Assembly (NCBI GenBank): GCA_013265495.1
Contig: MU058531.1
Location: forward strand, 612,678 to 676,677
DNA from: Vicugna vicugna
Taxonomy: Eukaryota
DNA: 64,000 bases
Direction: 5' to 3'
Program-made: the position numbers and the translations under genes
Shown: positions 48,286 through 62,978 of the stretch, piece after piece
How the letters are laid out: the number at the start of each line of letters is the position of its first letter
Position numbering within the stretch: position 1 is the stretch's first letter
The notes under the pieces: generated by a model
What the model was told of the DNA's origin: nothing
The model's input: the letters and a program-made list of their open reading frames with translations, nothing else
Database searches by the model: none

Positions 48286-48759
48286 AAAAATTGAGTTTCC
48301 ATTTCAGTGACCTAGGAGATCTAGAACAGTTTACAAATCCCAATCCTCATTTTCAAAAGATAATAGCCTTAGCTATATCTAACATTCATTCATTCATTCA
48401 ACAAATATACAATGAGTACCTATATGTTTCAAGCACTAATACAAGGCAGCTTCTACCCTCCAGGAATTTATGAAGTATCTTTGATGAGCTGAGCTGAGCT
48501 GAGCTGAGTTTTTGCTGCCCTCATCCCAGGCACTATTTGACCAATGATATTTTGTTATGTCCATTATCTTTAGTATCATCTGGGAGCATAAAGCAAAAGA
48601 TCTCTCAAACATTTTCATGCTTTGAGCATAAATACTGTCTAAATGACAGTGGAGGAACCGTAAAGCCTGCAGATACTTTATGATAAAAGCTTTTTTTTAT
48701 TGGTGGGAAATAGGAAGTTGGTAAGAGGGCGCATATACAATAGCAAAGAACACTTTCTA

Positions 48760-50720
48760 TTTGGCAGAATCCATCAATACATAAGTCTTAACAGAAGGCT
48801 TAACCATTTGGATGGTCATGTCTGCCACTTTGAAACTGAAGACTTGTTGCAAAGATAGAGGGTCTGTCATGATCGTATTTGCTACAGAGACTTAAAGAAT
48901 GTCCAGCAGCATCGAGGATTAAGACACAGCAGCATTGAATGGACAGTGTTGGCAGTGCCCATAGCAGCATCATAACCAGACTTTCTGGGCATGAGGTTAC
49001 CTCCTTCAGCTCCAGCCCACTCTCCAAGACTGGTTTTCCAAACTTTGAATGATTCTTTCTGAAAATTTTATTTTCTGCTTTAGTTGGTAAGGTCAGTTTC
49101 TGCTGCTTATCCAGAAACTTAACTGATAACCAAAACTAATACCAGCCAGTAGGTAATGGAAAACACATCCTCAGAGAAGTAGCAGAGGAAAAACCTGACA
49201 TTGGATATATGGACTATGTGGGCCTGAAGTCAGAGAGAATCCTATTAGCATGGGAATCGGAAAGACCCCAGAATGTAATAATAAATCAGCCAATTTAATT
49301 ATTATTGCTGTTTACCAGGAATGAAATGCCCAATGAAGATAAGTCTTTCCGGGATCCAGTTGCCACTTCCACAGAGAACGGAAAGGAGTACAGAAGTCAA
49401 GGACTACAGAGTGAGATGTTGGTCTATCATTTCACTGGAAAGTTCACTGAAAGAGTAACAGTGCCCAAAATGCTCACATAAAGACACTGAATGAAACTCA
49501 GAAGTGTTTATGACTCAGCTAAAAGAATGTTTTATCTATTGATGCAAAGTGGCTCCAAAAATTATATCTGTTGAATTCATTCTTATTGTTCTGGGGGTGG
49601 TGGTACTCCTGGGAATATACAGGAGGTTTAGAAAAACTTGGATTACCTCGAATCCTCATCTACAACTGGGCATCCTCTGTCAGCCTCCTCCCTGTCAATG
49701 AGGCCAGCCTCCCTGGCTTGAAAGCACTGTCTTCTTTCACCTAAGGGAATTACCTTCTCAAGGGATCTAATTCTTCTCATGTTTCACTCTTTCCCCTTCT
49801 CTGTCTCCAAGGTCAAATCAGGGAAGAAAAGGAAGAGAAGACTTACACACAAACACCCTAGCACTCCACTAATTTTATCTGCTAGAATCTTGAGATTACA
49901 TATGGAAATGGATTCTAATGGAGGTTGGTCAAGGGTGGATGAAACTGAATTTACTGATATGATTACCAGAGTTTCTACATTAAGTATGTTAGCCAAACAG
50001 CTGAGAGTAGTTCTAATTCTTTGCTTAGTTGGTTAATGAAATCCTGAACAACATATGATACCCACATAATATTAATGTGAAATGCCAGTAGTTCCTTGGA
50101 CTAAAGTACAGAAAGAAATCCAAAGACTGAAAATAGAAATTCTGTAGTAGCTTTGTCTTGTGCAATCTGACCAAGTACATTTATTTCCCAAATTAAGCTA
50201 CAAGTAAGGTCCAGAAACTAGACATTTCAGCAATGAAATGTCAAGAGAACTGTCAGCATATTTGAAGATGAAAGGAATGCTGGTTAGAGGCACTTGAGAT
50301 GAGCCCTTTGATTTCAATGTGGATAAATGTGAGAATTCTGAGGTGGGAAATAAACAAGTAATATCAGGTAATCACAAGGGACATGGCCATGGCCATGGCC
50401 ATGCCATATGGCATATATCAAGAATGGTCTTACACAAATGGATCTTAAATAACTTTCAGTTGGTCATTGAATACCTAGGTCTAAAACAGATGTGGAGTCT
50501 ACTAAGGTGGTAACTATTTGTATTGACAAAAGCAGAAACCCAACAAACTTCAAAGCTAATGAACAGAGATCTGATTGGAGGCTCCCTGAGAGTCAGTCTC
50601 TTTTCCATTTCTCTGATCTGAGTCAGTTCATAGATCCAAAGCTCTCTGAAAGTGAAGATGATGCTGAGGAAAGACCTTGGGGGTGGGGGGGCATTTAGAA
50701 GGAAAAATTCGACCAGGTTT
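48760..50720 (+). mobile_element. Degenerate ERV-L-like element (LTR + internal gag-like remnants)
   Basis: LTR-like 3' end 'tcagtttctgctgcttatccagaaacttaactgataac'; internal 'gaaatgccagtagttccttgg...gaaatccaaagactg' (EMPVVPW..VQKEIQRL) resembles ERV-L gag. Confidence 0.65.
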
Positions 50721-51804
50721 GGTACTTTGGGAGATACAGGGGCTGAAGGAGCCATGTGATACTTTGAGGTTATATTTTTATGTTTATCATTTCTCTAGGT
50801 AATATTTTGTTTGCTCCTTTGCATATTGTTATACAGATGTTCTGACACTAACATTTTAAACTGTTACTCAATTTTTAAAAAAAACATTTCAAAGGGTGTT
50901 TTCTACTTAACTCTTCAAATCTTGAAGATAAGCATATGATATATTAGAGTCCCTATAAAATTGCCACTCTTTCTTTATCCATTTTGTTATTTACCAGAAA
51001 TGATCTTGTTTATGACTCAGCAGTTTTGAATTTTCTTTTTTGAATGTTGTTACTTACCTCATCTTTCCAAAGATTTTTTCAAATGCCAGATGAGTCTGTA
51101 CTACATTCAGATTCTTACCTGTCTTCTCAGATGGAATGTTTTCTTTTGCATTTGGAGAAAATGTTGATTAACACATTAGGAATGTATTTGGTACATTTGG
51201 TTGCAAATGCAAACAGTCTAATCTTCTATTCATTACGGCCTTTTGTCTGAACCATTCAAGTGAGTAACAGGGTCGCACTGAGGCATCACCAAAATGATTC
51301 AGTTATCCTAAAAGTACTCCTTTTGTTTTTCTGGGAAGAGTTATGTATTATGAATTATTCAAATTGCATTTTCATTTAATCACCATGGTAACTACTATGG
51401 CAACATTTGAAGAGATGGTCATATTAATTACTTCACTGAACAAGAGATTCTGGCCACACTTTATATGGCTGAACTTAGCATCCATATGAACTAAATATTA
51501 TCAGAGATTTCATACTTTGGGGCTTTATACTGACGTTGGAAGAACACTGAAAACAAGTCCTCCTAAAATCGGGTTCCCCTGTTAAGTTTATGATTAACTT
51601 CTCTATCCAAAACTTTATTCTGTTTCTTGTCCAGCCCCTGGTCCCCTGAGGATTGAGAAATATCAAAGAGGAGGGATTAAAACCAAAAAGGACCCAGTTA
51701 GCCTCTATGTACCCCCCTTTCATGTTTTTAGAAAAAGGTTTTATTCTTGTAGACCCTTTGCTGAATTCCAAAGAGCAGTTACTTAGTTACTCAAGCATTA
51801 CTAA

Positions 51805-52256
51805 TTAGGAAAGTGAGGGGATGAAGAAACAAAGGAAAAGTAAATCACTATGTGATAAAATAGTCCTAGTTCCTCCTCAAAAGATATACGTAACAACCTG
51901 ATGCATACCTTTGAGTTGTTCTGCAGAAACTAAAGACCCCTCAACCCAGGTGAAAGATGGTGACTAAATGCTGACCACAATTACCTAGACCCCAGACTGG
52001 CTGGAACCAGAAGGTTGATGATTAAGATTCCCAAAACATCATTCTATTATCTCACCATCAACCAATCAGAAGAAATTCTACAAACTGTCTTTAAAAACCC
52101 TTCCCTGGAAGCCATCGGGAAGTTTGGGTCTTTTTGACTCTTTTTGACTCTTCTTGCTTGATGACCTGCAATAAACACCATACTTTCCTTCACCACAACC
52201 CAGCATCAGTAGTTGACTGTGCAGCAAGTGAGCAGACCAAAGTTTGGTTTGGTAAC
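51805..52256 (+). mobile_element. ERV1-type solo LTR
   Basis: CCAAT box 'accaatcagaag', AATAAA at ~52169, ends 'ggtttggtaaca'. Confidence 0.8.
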
Positions 52257-52645
52257 ACTTTCCCAGGGAAGAACACAACTGGAGGGCAGAAAGTCATCTA
52301 TCAAGTGCCTACTATATGCTAGGTACTTTCTCTTGATGATCTGACTTAATCTTCCCCAAAATTCTGTGGAATAAGTACTGCTGTTTTTCCTTTGACAGAC
52401 AAGAAACCTGAGGCTCAGAGAAATGAGCTCATTCAGTCATTCATCTAATAAATAGTTACTATTTTCTTTCAGCAACATGAACAAAACTGAACAAATAGAA
52501 TTAATGAGGCTGAGATTTAAATCAAAGTCCATCTGGATTTAGAACCTATACTTCTAATATGATTTTGTCTCCAGGCAGCATTGAGTTGTGATATGTCTTC
52601 CCCATTCCGAGGTCTTGGCTGATAATAGCAGGGTAAGTTACATGA

Positions 52646-52647
<2 letters not shown>

Positions 52648-52712
<65 letters not shown>
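52648..52712. repeat. Compound (TG)n(AG)n microsatellite
   Basis: Direct observation. Confidence 0.97.
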
Positions 52713-52716
<4 letters not shown>

Positions 52717-53015
52717 ATGGCTTGAAGGCAGATCTTTCTATATATTTATGGTCAAAAAGGGGTGTAGAACCTACTCTACAAGGAAGCAGAATAGAAAGTA
52801 TAATGTCATCTAATATGGGAAAGCCCCTTTTCCAAAAGAATATCTTCTCTACCTTTCATGAGGGGCAAAGCCTTCATAAATGCAATGATAACAAAGAGTT
52901 AAACTGCAAACAAAAATGCAAGTCAACTTGTTAATTTCACATATATAAATGACTCAGAAATTCTTTCCTTTCTTGAGATTTGTGCTCATAGGGCAGTGAG
53001 GGCACTGGGACTGAA

Positions 53016-53545
53016 GTGAGAGGGAGCAGGGTGTGCCACCCCAAAATATGGATCTTTGGTATAGGAATTAGTTTAGACTGATTAATTTTAAGAAACAGCC
53101 AAAGGAGAAGCTCTGGATACTGAATACAAGTTACCCTTTTGTGAAAGATATTTACATTTATAACAGAAATCTCCATTTGTAAGGGTGTCTCCTCTGTACC
53201 AGGAAAAGATGACTAAATCTTTAGAAACTCTTACCAACAGAGAAGGCAAAAACCTTAACCTGTGTAACAATCTTACCCTTGTGTACTGTGCTTTTTCTAT
53301 CCACCTCCCATAATTAATTTCCTGCCCACACATTTTCTTTAGTCTTTAGCTTGAGGTGGTATTTAAGGTGGTGACTTGGGCCATTTCAGAGAGTTACTTA
53401 GTTTTCTTGGGTATTACCCATGTGTACAGAGGTATACATGTTATTAAACTTGTTTTTCTCTTATTAATCTGACTTTTATTACAGGAGGAGTCTCAGAGAA
53501 GAACTTTGAAGGGTAGGGGGAAAATTATTTCTCCTCCCTTTCAAA
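53016..53545 (+). mobile_element. ERV1 (MER34/39-like) solo LTR
   Basis: 'tgccaccccaaaatatg...tttggtataggaatta...attaaacttgtttttctcttattaatctg'. Confidence 0.75.
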
Positions 53546-54659
53546 AGGTTACACTGGGAACTTAGAATGAAAGGCTGAAGATCATTTTGTATCTGCATGT
53601 CCTGAAATAGTGCTCAGAGAAAAGAAGGAAGCCACTACTATAAATTGCTCTCAAACTCACTATGTCAGGGCACAAACAGACATGATAGGTATGGGGATTC
53701 CATGGTGAGCACAATCAAGCAGGCTCTGCCATCATGAATCTGGCAAACTAGTGATGAAGCCTGGCAATCCAATAATAAGGTGATTTTTACAAGTTATATG
53801 TAAGATTTCAACTGTTGTAAGAACTATGAAATAAATCTCACTGTGCTGTGAGAAGGAATAACACTGGGGCCTGTCATTGTCTGTGGGGTCAAGGAAGGTT
53901 GCCCTATGAAGTACAGTCGGAGTTGAGATCCACATCTACCACCTTCTTAACCTAGTTTCTTTGTATATGTTCTCCAACTCTATGAATGGCTCCACAATCT
54001 ATCTGTTGCTTAAAAAAAAAAAAAAAGACACAGAAGTCATCTTTGATTTCTCTTTCTCTCTCATCTCCCAATCATGAGATCCTGTTTCTCTACATTCAAA
54101 ACTATTTTCTTTTTGCCACTGGGTAATGCTTGTCCCTACCACCAACTAACACCTTTAGCCGGACCAACTCAATAGCCTCCTAATTAGCTTTTTTGCCTCA
54201 GTTCTTGTCTACCTCTAGGCTCTGCCAATCACCATTTATTTTCCACAATACAGCAAAAAGTGATCTATCAAAAATACAAATATAATGGAGTCACCCTCTT
54301 TTGTTAAATATCTTGGTAACTTCCTACTGCCATTAGTATGAAATACATATTAACATGGCCTATGAAATCCTTTAGGGTCTGCCTTCTGCTCACTTCTATA
54401 GCCTTTTCTCTTTCTGCTTGCTCTATATTCTCTGTTCACCCTCAGTTTCTCTCCATTCCCAGAACACATCCTGTTTCTTTCTTCCATCCTGTCTGTCTGG
54501 AGCACTCTTCCTCATTCTTTCTCCTTGTCTCTTTTACACCTGGATATCTTCTACTAATCTTCCAGGCCTTTCTGATGCTCCTTTCTCTGTGTAAACCTGA
54601 GGCCCCAAAGCTAGGTTAGAAGCCACATAGCACCTATCACACTGGATCATAATAGCCAC

Positions 54660-55182
54660 TGGAAAGGTTCAGAATGAGCCTCCCCCAAAATGTGCCCCTT
54701 GGGCATGTGCACTGTTTTGAGCTGGAAGCAATTAAGACCCAGACGATTTAAGAAAAATGTTTACCTCTTCCTTAACTGCCTAAAAGAATTTAGATGGAGA
54801 GCCTGGTCCAGGAAGATAACTATCACCAGAGATAACTACAAAGAACATGGGCTAGACTGGGTAAGCTGAGGGCACTTGGGATGGGCCTGGAAATCAAATT
54901 TCTCTCTGTGTCACATTGACTTTACATAGCATGGCAAATATTTACCAAATCTTTGCTCTTCCTAGCTTCGTGTAAATTGTCTTCCTCCCCTTTGAGGATT
55001 TTTTAGCTCAGGATGATGTATAAGCCTCAACTGCCTGCCTTTCCTTTGGGTCTCATATTCTTTGAGGATCCTGTATATATGATTAAATTTGTTTTTCTCC
55101 TGTTAATCTGATTTCTGTCAATGCAATTATCAGACCAGCCAAAGAACCTTGAAGATAGAGAAAATTTTTTTCTCCTCAACCC
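54660..55182 (+). mobile_element. ERV1 (MER34/39-like) solo LTR
   Basis: 'cctcccccaaaatgtgcccctttgggcatg'-like start; 'attaaatttgtttttctcctgttaatctg' near the end. Confidence 0.75.
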
Positions 55183-55468
55183 CAGTTTTCACTTGTCTGA
55201 CTCCCTTACTAGACTGTGACTTGTCTAAGGGCAGGAGCTACATCCTTATTTATCAGTGTACTTCAACTGCTTAAATAGAGCGAGGCTCACTGTAATTGCT
55301 CACTAAATATTTATTGGAAGAAAGAGAGACAAAGGAATGAAGAGAGGATGAAAGGAAGGGAGGGGAGAAGGGATGTAGGGAAAGAGGAAGGAAGGAATCC
55401 TTAGGGATGGCTTATTGCCCTTCCCCTATTTAAATACATTTGAAATGTTATAAGGGACTTTGTTCTGC

Positions 55469-55674
55469 CTAGAGCAGCATGATACAATTAAATTTCTGCA
55501 TCAAGAGACATGTTCTATATTTGCACTACATAATATGGTAGTCACTAGTCACATGGGGCCACTGAGCATTTGAAATGTGCCCACTGTAATTAAAGAGTTT
55601 TTAATATGATTTTATTTTAGATTTAAATAGGCCACATGGTTACTGGCTACTATATTCGATGACACAAGCCTAGA
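55469..55674. mobile_element. MER3-type hAT MITE
   Basis: 'aatatggtagtcactagtcacatggggccactgagcatttgaaatgtg' core; ctagag at both flanks. Confidence 0.8.
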
Positions 55675-56485
55675 GGAGCTGCTGGCAGAGCCAACCTCCC
55701 ATGCCCTCTCTGTACAACTCTTCCCTCACCATTTCTGCTCCCCTGCTGCTCAATGGTGTGTTATTTATTGCAATTTTCTTGTTGTTTTTAGGAATTTCTC
55801 TAAAATTCTTCCTTGCCATGCCAAGTAGCAAAAGTCAAATAATTGCGGCAGACAGAATGCCATTTCCACTTCATCTTCAACAAGGGTCATTTTGATCTCA
55901 CAAATGCTGGTGATTTCTATCTTTATCATCAAGAGCTGTCCCCCCCCTCCAAAACAATCTCTATAACGTTAAAATGGTGAAATCAGCGAAGTGCTTCAAA
56001 CTATTAAGCCAAATGCTCCAAAATTAGCTAAAAAAAGTAACAAAGGTTTAATACGAACATTGCTCTTCATTCCTTTGGTATACAGAGAAAACAACAGGCT
56101 GCAGAATAGCAGAAGGCAGGCAGGGAGAGGGAGGAGAAGAGCATGAGAGAGAAAACCAGCACATCACATGAACCTGAGTGACGACTGTCCCACAGTTACC
56201 GTTATTAGGGAGCCAGCAGAGTGGAAAGGGAGGAGAGCTGGAGTAGGAGTTAGAAGTCTGCTTTCCACTCTGCAGACTGGCTTGAGCAACCTCTCTGAAT
56301 CTCAGTATCTTTCTTGCCTAAATAGGGGAAAATATACCCACCCTGCTTATCTGGTTAGGTTTTTGCAAGTTTCAAATGAAACAATACATGACAAGTATAG
56401 CACACGCCTAACGTTGCTGCTGGCAGAGCCAATCTCCATGGCCGGTCTGCACAACTCCTATATTCAAGTCACTTCTCTATTCTAG

Positions 56486-57741
56486 TGACTTCTATATGCA
56501 ACATGTATTTCTAAATTGATTTTAATAAAGTTTAATTACTCATGGTGTTGTATATCCCATGTGGAAAAATTCCAATTATTTTCTGAGATATTTCCATTAC
56601 AAGAATATAGTTCTCTTTAATAGATCTAGCATTATTAAAACCTCTACACATGAACTATGACCCAAATGAAATGACAAAAGGATATACAGTGTAAGTCATT
56701 CTTACTGTTACACAAGAGGGGGCAATTTAAAAATCTCACCACTGTCTTCCAATAAAAACTTTAGGAGGGAAAATAAACAAAAATATATTATTTTTATTTC
56801 TTAACAGCTAGATGGCTGACTTACCTACCTTCAGCCATTGAAATTTACCTGAAAATATATATATTTTTTTCTCATCAGTATTTATTGCTGGGAAGTATCT
56901 ACTTCCACACTTGTCCTGGAGCCTGGTAGGGCTGTATAAACACAAACCAAAGTCCAGATTGTATGTCTTGGCTGTCTTGGTGTGAAAGGGAGGGGCACAG
57001 CATTGGAATTCAAAATCGGGTAATGTCTGCAAAAAGTATATCTTTGGGTCTCTCCTATTTCCTCTGCTTCCATATTATACTAATTTTCTTCCCTGAGCAG
57101 GTACCTACTTACTCTGAAATGCAACAGCAATAGTCCAGCTTTACACCAAGGGTTCTTTTTAGCTTTGAGAAATGTATTCAATCAATAAGTTTAATTAAGC
57201 TTCCAATATGTCTAGCAATATCCTGGATGCTCCATAAAAGGGAGGGAAAGCCTGCAAGAAGTTTATAGTCTGGGGGTGGAGCTCATGTGCATGTAGATGA
57301 CATGTGAGACCATACAGCTGAGCAGATGAAGGGAAAATAGCCCCTAGAGTTTCTAACAGCCTCCCCAGAGTATTGTAATTGGAGCTACCCATTTTCAATG
57401 TCATTCCTGCTTTGAAGAGAAAGGATATTGACATTCTGTGGGTGAAAATTCAGATCTGCAAATTCTACTTTCCTTACAAATGAAAACCACCAGAAAATGA
57501 CAGCCTACACTCTAATTACACATGGAGGATTCCATTAGGTTAGGTCAAATTAAATGACTTCTATATTCAATATATATTTCTAAATTGACTTTAAGAAAGT
57601 TTAATTATTCATGGTATCATACATCCCATGTGGGAAAATTCCAATTATTTTCTGATATATTTCTATTACAAGAATATAGTTCCATTTAATAGATCTAGCA
57701 TTATTAAAACTTCTGTACACAAACTATGACCCAAATGAAAT
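56486..57741 (+). repeat. 187-bp direct duplication (56486-56672 and 57555-57741)
   Basis: Ungapped, highly similar copies from 'tgacttctatat' to 'aactatgacccaaatgaaat'. Confidence 0.95.
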
Positions 57742-58011
57742 AGCCGTTTTCATTGATTTGTACTAAAGATACAGCCATCAAATCAACTGTGACCCATGTA
57801 TACATATAACAGTTGCTTCTCATGGTCATTCATTCATTTATCCATCCATCCATTCATCTACCCATTCATCCATTTACCCATCATGGAAGAAGCTTAATAT
57901 GGAGAAAGAATAGGTATTTAGAACTGGGCAGACCTGGACAGAATTCAGACTCTAATATTTAATATTAATTATGTCTCTGGGCCTCAGTTTCTCATTGTAG
58001 AATAGAGATGA

Positions 58012-58054
<43 letters not shown>

Positions 58055-60364
58055 AATAAAATACCCAACCAATATGTTATTATAGCATTATAGAATGTTA
58101 ATATTTGCCGTAGGACTAGTTCTTAAAGTTTAATTTATAATTATTTGATCTTGGTTGAGAAGAGGTAAAGTAAAGCAGTTAAAACTACAATTACTTCTGC
58201 AAAACAGTGATATAATCACATATCCTCCATTGGAAGGAGAGAGAGACAAGCCAAGTCGTCAGGGTTCAGAGAATGAGCGTTTTGGTTTCCTACACACTGG
58301 ACCGGAGACAATTTTAGACTGGTCAGTACAGTCTTGCCAGTTAGGCATTCTGATTTCTAGTATGCTGAACCATGTCTTCCTAAGTGTATTAAAGTCACTG
58401 AAAACAAAGTCTCTAGTTTTAAACTAATAACTTTGGGGGAACATTGAGAAGCTTGCCTTGCTCTGACAGGGCAGCCAGGAGCACAGCCATCTCAGTACAT
58501 GTCTTTTTGTTCATCTGGTACCTTGAGAACCAATTTAGGCTTCTCCTCTGAGAAGGAGCAAAGTCATGAAAACATCAGGGTTCAGCAGAAACCAAGACTC
58601 AACCCAAGAGAAGCTGTCAGCATTCAATCTATGCTCAGCTCTGCCCACCCTCAGAAGGCCAAAGGCAATTAACACCATTGCTGCCTCTTCTTCTGCGCGT
58701 AGAACCCCAATAAACAGGCCTTTACCTACTGTTAATACATATTTAACTCAGTCTAAGTATGCGGTAGACTGGGAGAGTTAAAACTGGCAGATATATGTGG
58801 GTTTGGTTAAATCCAGAAGCCGAAAGGAAGGGAAAGGGAAAGGGAAAGGAAAGAAGCAAGCAAGAAAGAAAAGCAAGCAAGGAAGAAAAGCAAGAAAGGA
58901 AAGAAAGAAAGAGTGCCTAGCAGAATACCTCATATGAAATAGATAATTAGTTTCATTCCCCAAACTTTGAGCCTCTGTTTGTGTGCCATGTACTATCCAT
59001 CCTTGTCCAAATAAAACTAGGTCCTTCCTCTTGAGGGACCTATGATTCAGTGCTGGAGGAATTCACTGAAAGATATAAATCAAGTGAGCTTGGTAAGTGT
59101 AATAATAAAGGCACAACATCCTGTGGCCTCAAAAGGAAGGAGGAACTCCCTTAGCTGACAGAGCACCAGGAGGTTCCTTAAGAGCGTGACTTGTTCTCAG
59201 GCCTATGAGTGACAAGTGATTTAGGAGACTAATTCGTGTCTATTTTGTGCTTAACCCTGAAATACTGGGTCTTGGGATCTCCATCAGAAGAGCAGAGCTT
59301 GATACTAAAACAGTAACACAAATCCTGGTTTTGCTACCCTCCAAGCTGTTCTCATTCATTCACATAGTCCTTCATTCGTTCTTTCATTTTTTCATCAAAT
59401 ATTGATTTGCTAGGCACTCTGTAAACAGCATTAATAATAAAGCAGATATTTATCTTATCCTTGTGGAGCTTACACTAGATAATAGCAAGTAAATAAGTGA
59501 CTTAATAACTGGAAACAATTTAACAATGAAAAACCTATAAGCATGGTTTTTGCAAATTATCATATGGTCCACGGAGAAGGAGAAAAAGCGAGTCCTGAGA
59601 GAAAATAGCGTGAAAATACTGTGGGCTTTAGCTCCAGGGACTAATGTTCACACTGAGGTGTGAGAGCGGAAGAGGAAGGGAAGTGAAAAGAGTCGGGGCA
59701 GAAGTGGCAGGGAGAGCATCTCAGGAACAAGGCAGAGCATGTGCTAAGGCCCTGAGGTGGGGGCAAACTGGGCAGGCTGGAGCTACTGAAAGGCAGCCAG
59801 TTAGGACATGGGTCAGATATGAAGGAGAAGGCAATACCAGAACCCTCACAGGGAACTCATTTACATTCATTTTCACATGTTCTCAAAGCAGCTCAAGTGA
59901 GAGTAATATTGGAGTTCCTAAAATAATATGGACAGGGATGGAGTAAAACCCCTCTCTCAACTCTGACTACTCCCCCTCACTCGCTTCCACCTCTGGTAAT
60001 GCTTTCCCTGAGCTCCTCAAAGGCTGTGCACCTGCAACAGCCTCTGCTTGGAATGCTTTTTGCCCAAATCACTCCATGGCTCTGTCCCTTACCTCATTCA
60101 AATCCTCTCCTCCTCGGTGAGGTCTTCTCCATCCATCTCATCTAAAATTGCATCTCTCCAGACCCTCTCCATATGTACTATATTTTTCTCCATTGCATTT
60201 GCCCCCTTTTAAAGAACTAAAAATGTCCTTATTTATTCTGCTTTCCTCTCTCCTCTAGACTATCTGTGAAGGCAGAGATCTTTGTCCATTTTGCTCACTG
60301 CTATATCCACCTAGCTTCCACAATAGTGTCATAGTCAGCATTCAAAGATATTTGTTGAAAGAGT

Positions 60365-60494
60365 GGGGAGGGTATAGCTCAGTGGTAGAGCACATGCTTA
60401 GCATACACCAGGTCCTGGGTTCAATCCCCAGTACCTTCACTTTAAATAAACAAACAAATAAACCTAATTACCTCCCTCAACAACCAAAAAAGGC
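60365..60494 (+). mobile_element. tRNA-derived Vic-1-type SINE
   Basis: 'ggggagggtatagctcagtggtagagc...ctgggttcaatccccagtac'; TSD tatttgtt(g/a)aaaga(g/a)t at 60349-60364 / 60495-60510. Confidence 0.93.
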
Positions 60495-62945
60495 TATTTG
60501 TTAAAAGAATCTTGCTTAATCCTCCCAAAGCAAGTCACATGCAATGACTCACTAAAAGGGGTGGTGAACTAGCTTTCGTAAAGTTACAGAAAATATTTCA
60601 TTGACAAATTAAAATCTTGTATTTATGAAGGCCATAAATACCCACAAGATAAATTCAAACATTGTATTAATAAGGTTGGACAATTTTTCCATCTCATGAA
60701 ATGAAAATAACATAAAGCTTATAATTTTTTTGCTATTAATCATATTATTTGCATTGGGACAATGTTATAGCCATTGATGGCATTTCAATTTGAAATTCAA
60801 AAATACAGTATTAATACAGTTCTCTGGGAGATTGAACTCTCTTCTGAAAAATTGCTACCTCTTGTCTTCAGACATTATGGTATAAACTACACATCTTAAT
60901 AAATTGTATATTCCAAGTCTAAAGAAAACTTGGTCTTAAAAATATGATTCACTTTGCTGCCATTTTAAATATAAAAAGCAGAGTGCAAGCAAAGAGTTTT
61001 TTTGGGGGGAGGGGGGCGGGTTGTCTCTCTTTTGACTCTAAGAGATAAAATGCAAAATAGAGCAAAACTGAAAGAAACACAACTAGCCAGACAGATGTAT
61101 CTCCCTGCTAAACTCATGGTGCTTCAACTTCTCATTTTTGGTACTTATTTTAACTTGATGCCTTCTGCCAGAAGCCTCTCAGACTGTGGGATGGCTGGGA
61201 AGACCCTGCATGAGCTTTTTATTAGCTACTTGTCTTGGATAATATACAGTCAGACTTTTATTCCCCTATTGAATGCTCGACTCCCTTCTCTGTGAGAATG
61301 CTGTATTTTTCATGATCAGGACAAAAACCCCATCTCCCTATTCCTTCTGGCTCTAGTTATATCAAATAGAATCACAGAAGCCCCCTTCTAGAACATAACT
61401 GATGGGGTCAGGATATCAACCCAAGCAGGTCAGTGAGGGCAGGGATCAACCCAGGCAGGTCAGCAAGGGCAGGGAGCGTACGCAGGTGGGATCTCGAGTC
61501 TATGGAGTGAGAGTGAAAAAGAGCAGCAGTGGAGGGGCAGAGTCAGTGACCTCCATCCAGGGAAAGATGTCACGGGCTTTGCCCTTGACCTCTGAGGCAT
61601 TCTGTGATACTGGAGCATGAAGGTGTAACACCGTCTGGACCCAATCTCTGTTGTTGATATTCTCCAGGCTTAGAAAAAGATTCCAGGTGAATAAAGTAAA
61701 GGCTGAGATTTAAAGAATGGAACACAGTGCTCAGACAGGACTTGGTGGGTCCAAATCAGGGAAAAAACATCTTTTAGAACCATAGCATCTGTTCATCTAG
61801 AAAACTGCTGAACTGCATCAGATTGATAGAAATTAATCCACACAATTCCAATGCTAGCATTGCTACAAAACCTGATCAAAAACTCTAGCAATGTGATAGT
61901 TTCTTGGCGTGCGATCATCTTTTTTCCAGTGATATGAATAAATATTCTGGTAGCTCTACCTCTACATCAACAATCCCCAAGTGAAGAACAGCTCAGTGCC
62001 TCACACACAGTAATCCCTCGACACATATTTATTGGTTGATTGACTGATTGATAAATGAATGAATAGATGATCAACAAAGGAACATCTCTCTCCTAGCAAA
62101 TAATCAGCATTTACTCTGCAAAGCAAGTAATGAAGCTGAGAATTAGCATTTGACAGCTTAGTTTCCCTAAAGGCTTTTGATAAAATCTTTTTAAAATTTT
62201 TTTTTTTGGATAAAGGTTTTTTTGCAAAAGTATTACAACATATATTCAAAATAAAGCAGAACAATTTAACAGTAATAAAATAATTTTCTTTCAGGGCCAT
62301 CCTACCAAATATATTTAAAACATGATTTCTAATCTCACATAAACATCATGGACATGAACACATATCGGAGAAAGTTTACTGGGTACAAAGTTGCCTCTTG
62401 GCTAATTCTAGTTTTCTTTATCACATGGTAACCTCCATGTAGGTAAGAGAACGAAGGCGCCCACCTGTCTCCCCCTTCTCCTGCTCTACACCCCAGAGGG
62501 AGTGAGGATCCAGGAAACCCATTCCTAGCCAGGCTTCCCTGTATCCCTGTGTCTTGATTAAATGGCTTAGCATCTCGGGGAAGCTGTTTCCTCACTTGCA
62601 AAAGGACAGGAAGAATGCCTGCCCTCCCCACCACCCAGATAATGTGGAAAGTGCTCTGAGATGATAGAATGCAAGACAAATATATTCACAGATGTGAAAA
62701 ATGCTTACAAGAAGTTATGCCAAGAGACTCTTCCTGCTTCCTTAGAGGGACCCTACAGCTACAAGCCTCCGCCCAACTGCTCACCAGAGAGCGTGGGGAT
62801 TTCTAGGGAGATGAGCCTCCGCTGGGCTCAGAAGGCACAAAATGTCTCACCTTCTAAATTCAGAGGCACAACCACTATTGCTGGCATCACGCTGGCTGTG
62901 TTACGAAGAGGTGCCCCCAAAGGTTTATTCAAAAAAAAAAAAAGT

Positions 62946-62978
62946 GGGGAGGAAGGTATAGCTCAGTGGCAGAGCATC
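62946..62978 (+). mobile_element. Truncated Vic-1-type SINE head
   Basis: 'ggggaggaaggtatagctcagtggcagagcat' follows an A-run, then similarity stops. Confidence 0.65.

Noticed and set aside
53016..55182. Two related LTRs as the ends of one provirus
   Set aside because: They are too divergent from each other, and the intervening DNA is L2-like rather than retroviral, so they are independent solo LTRs.
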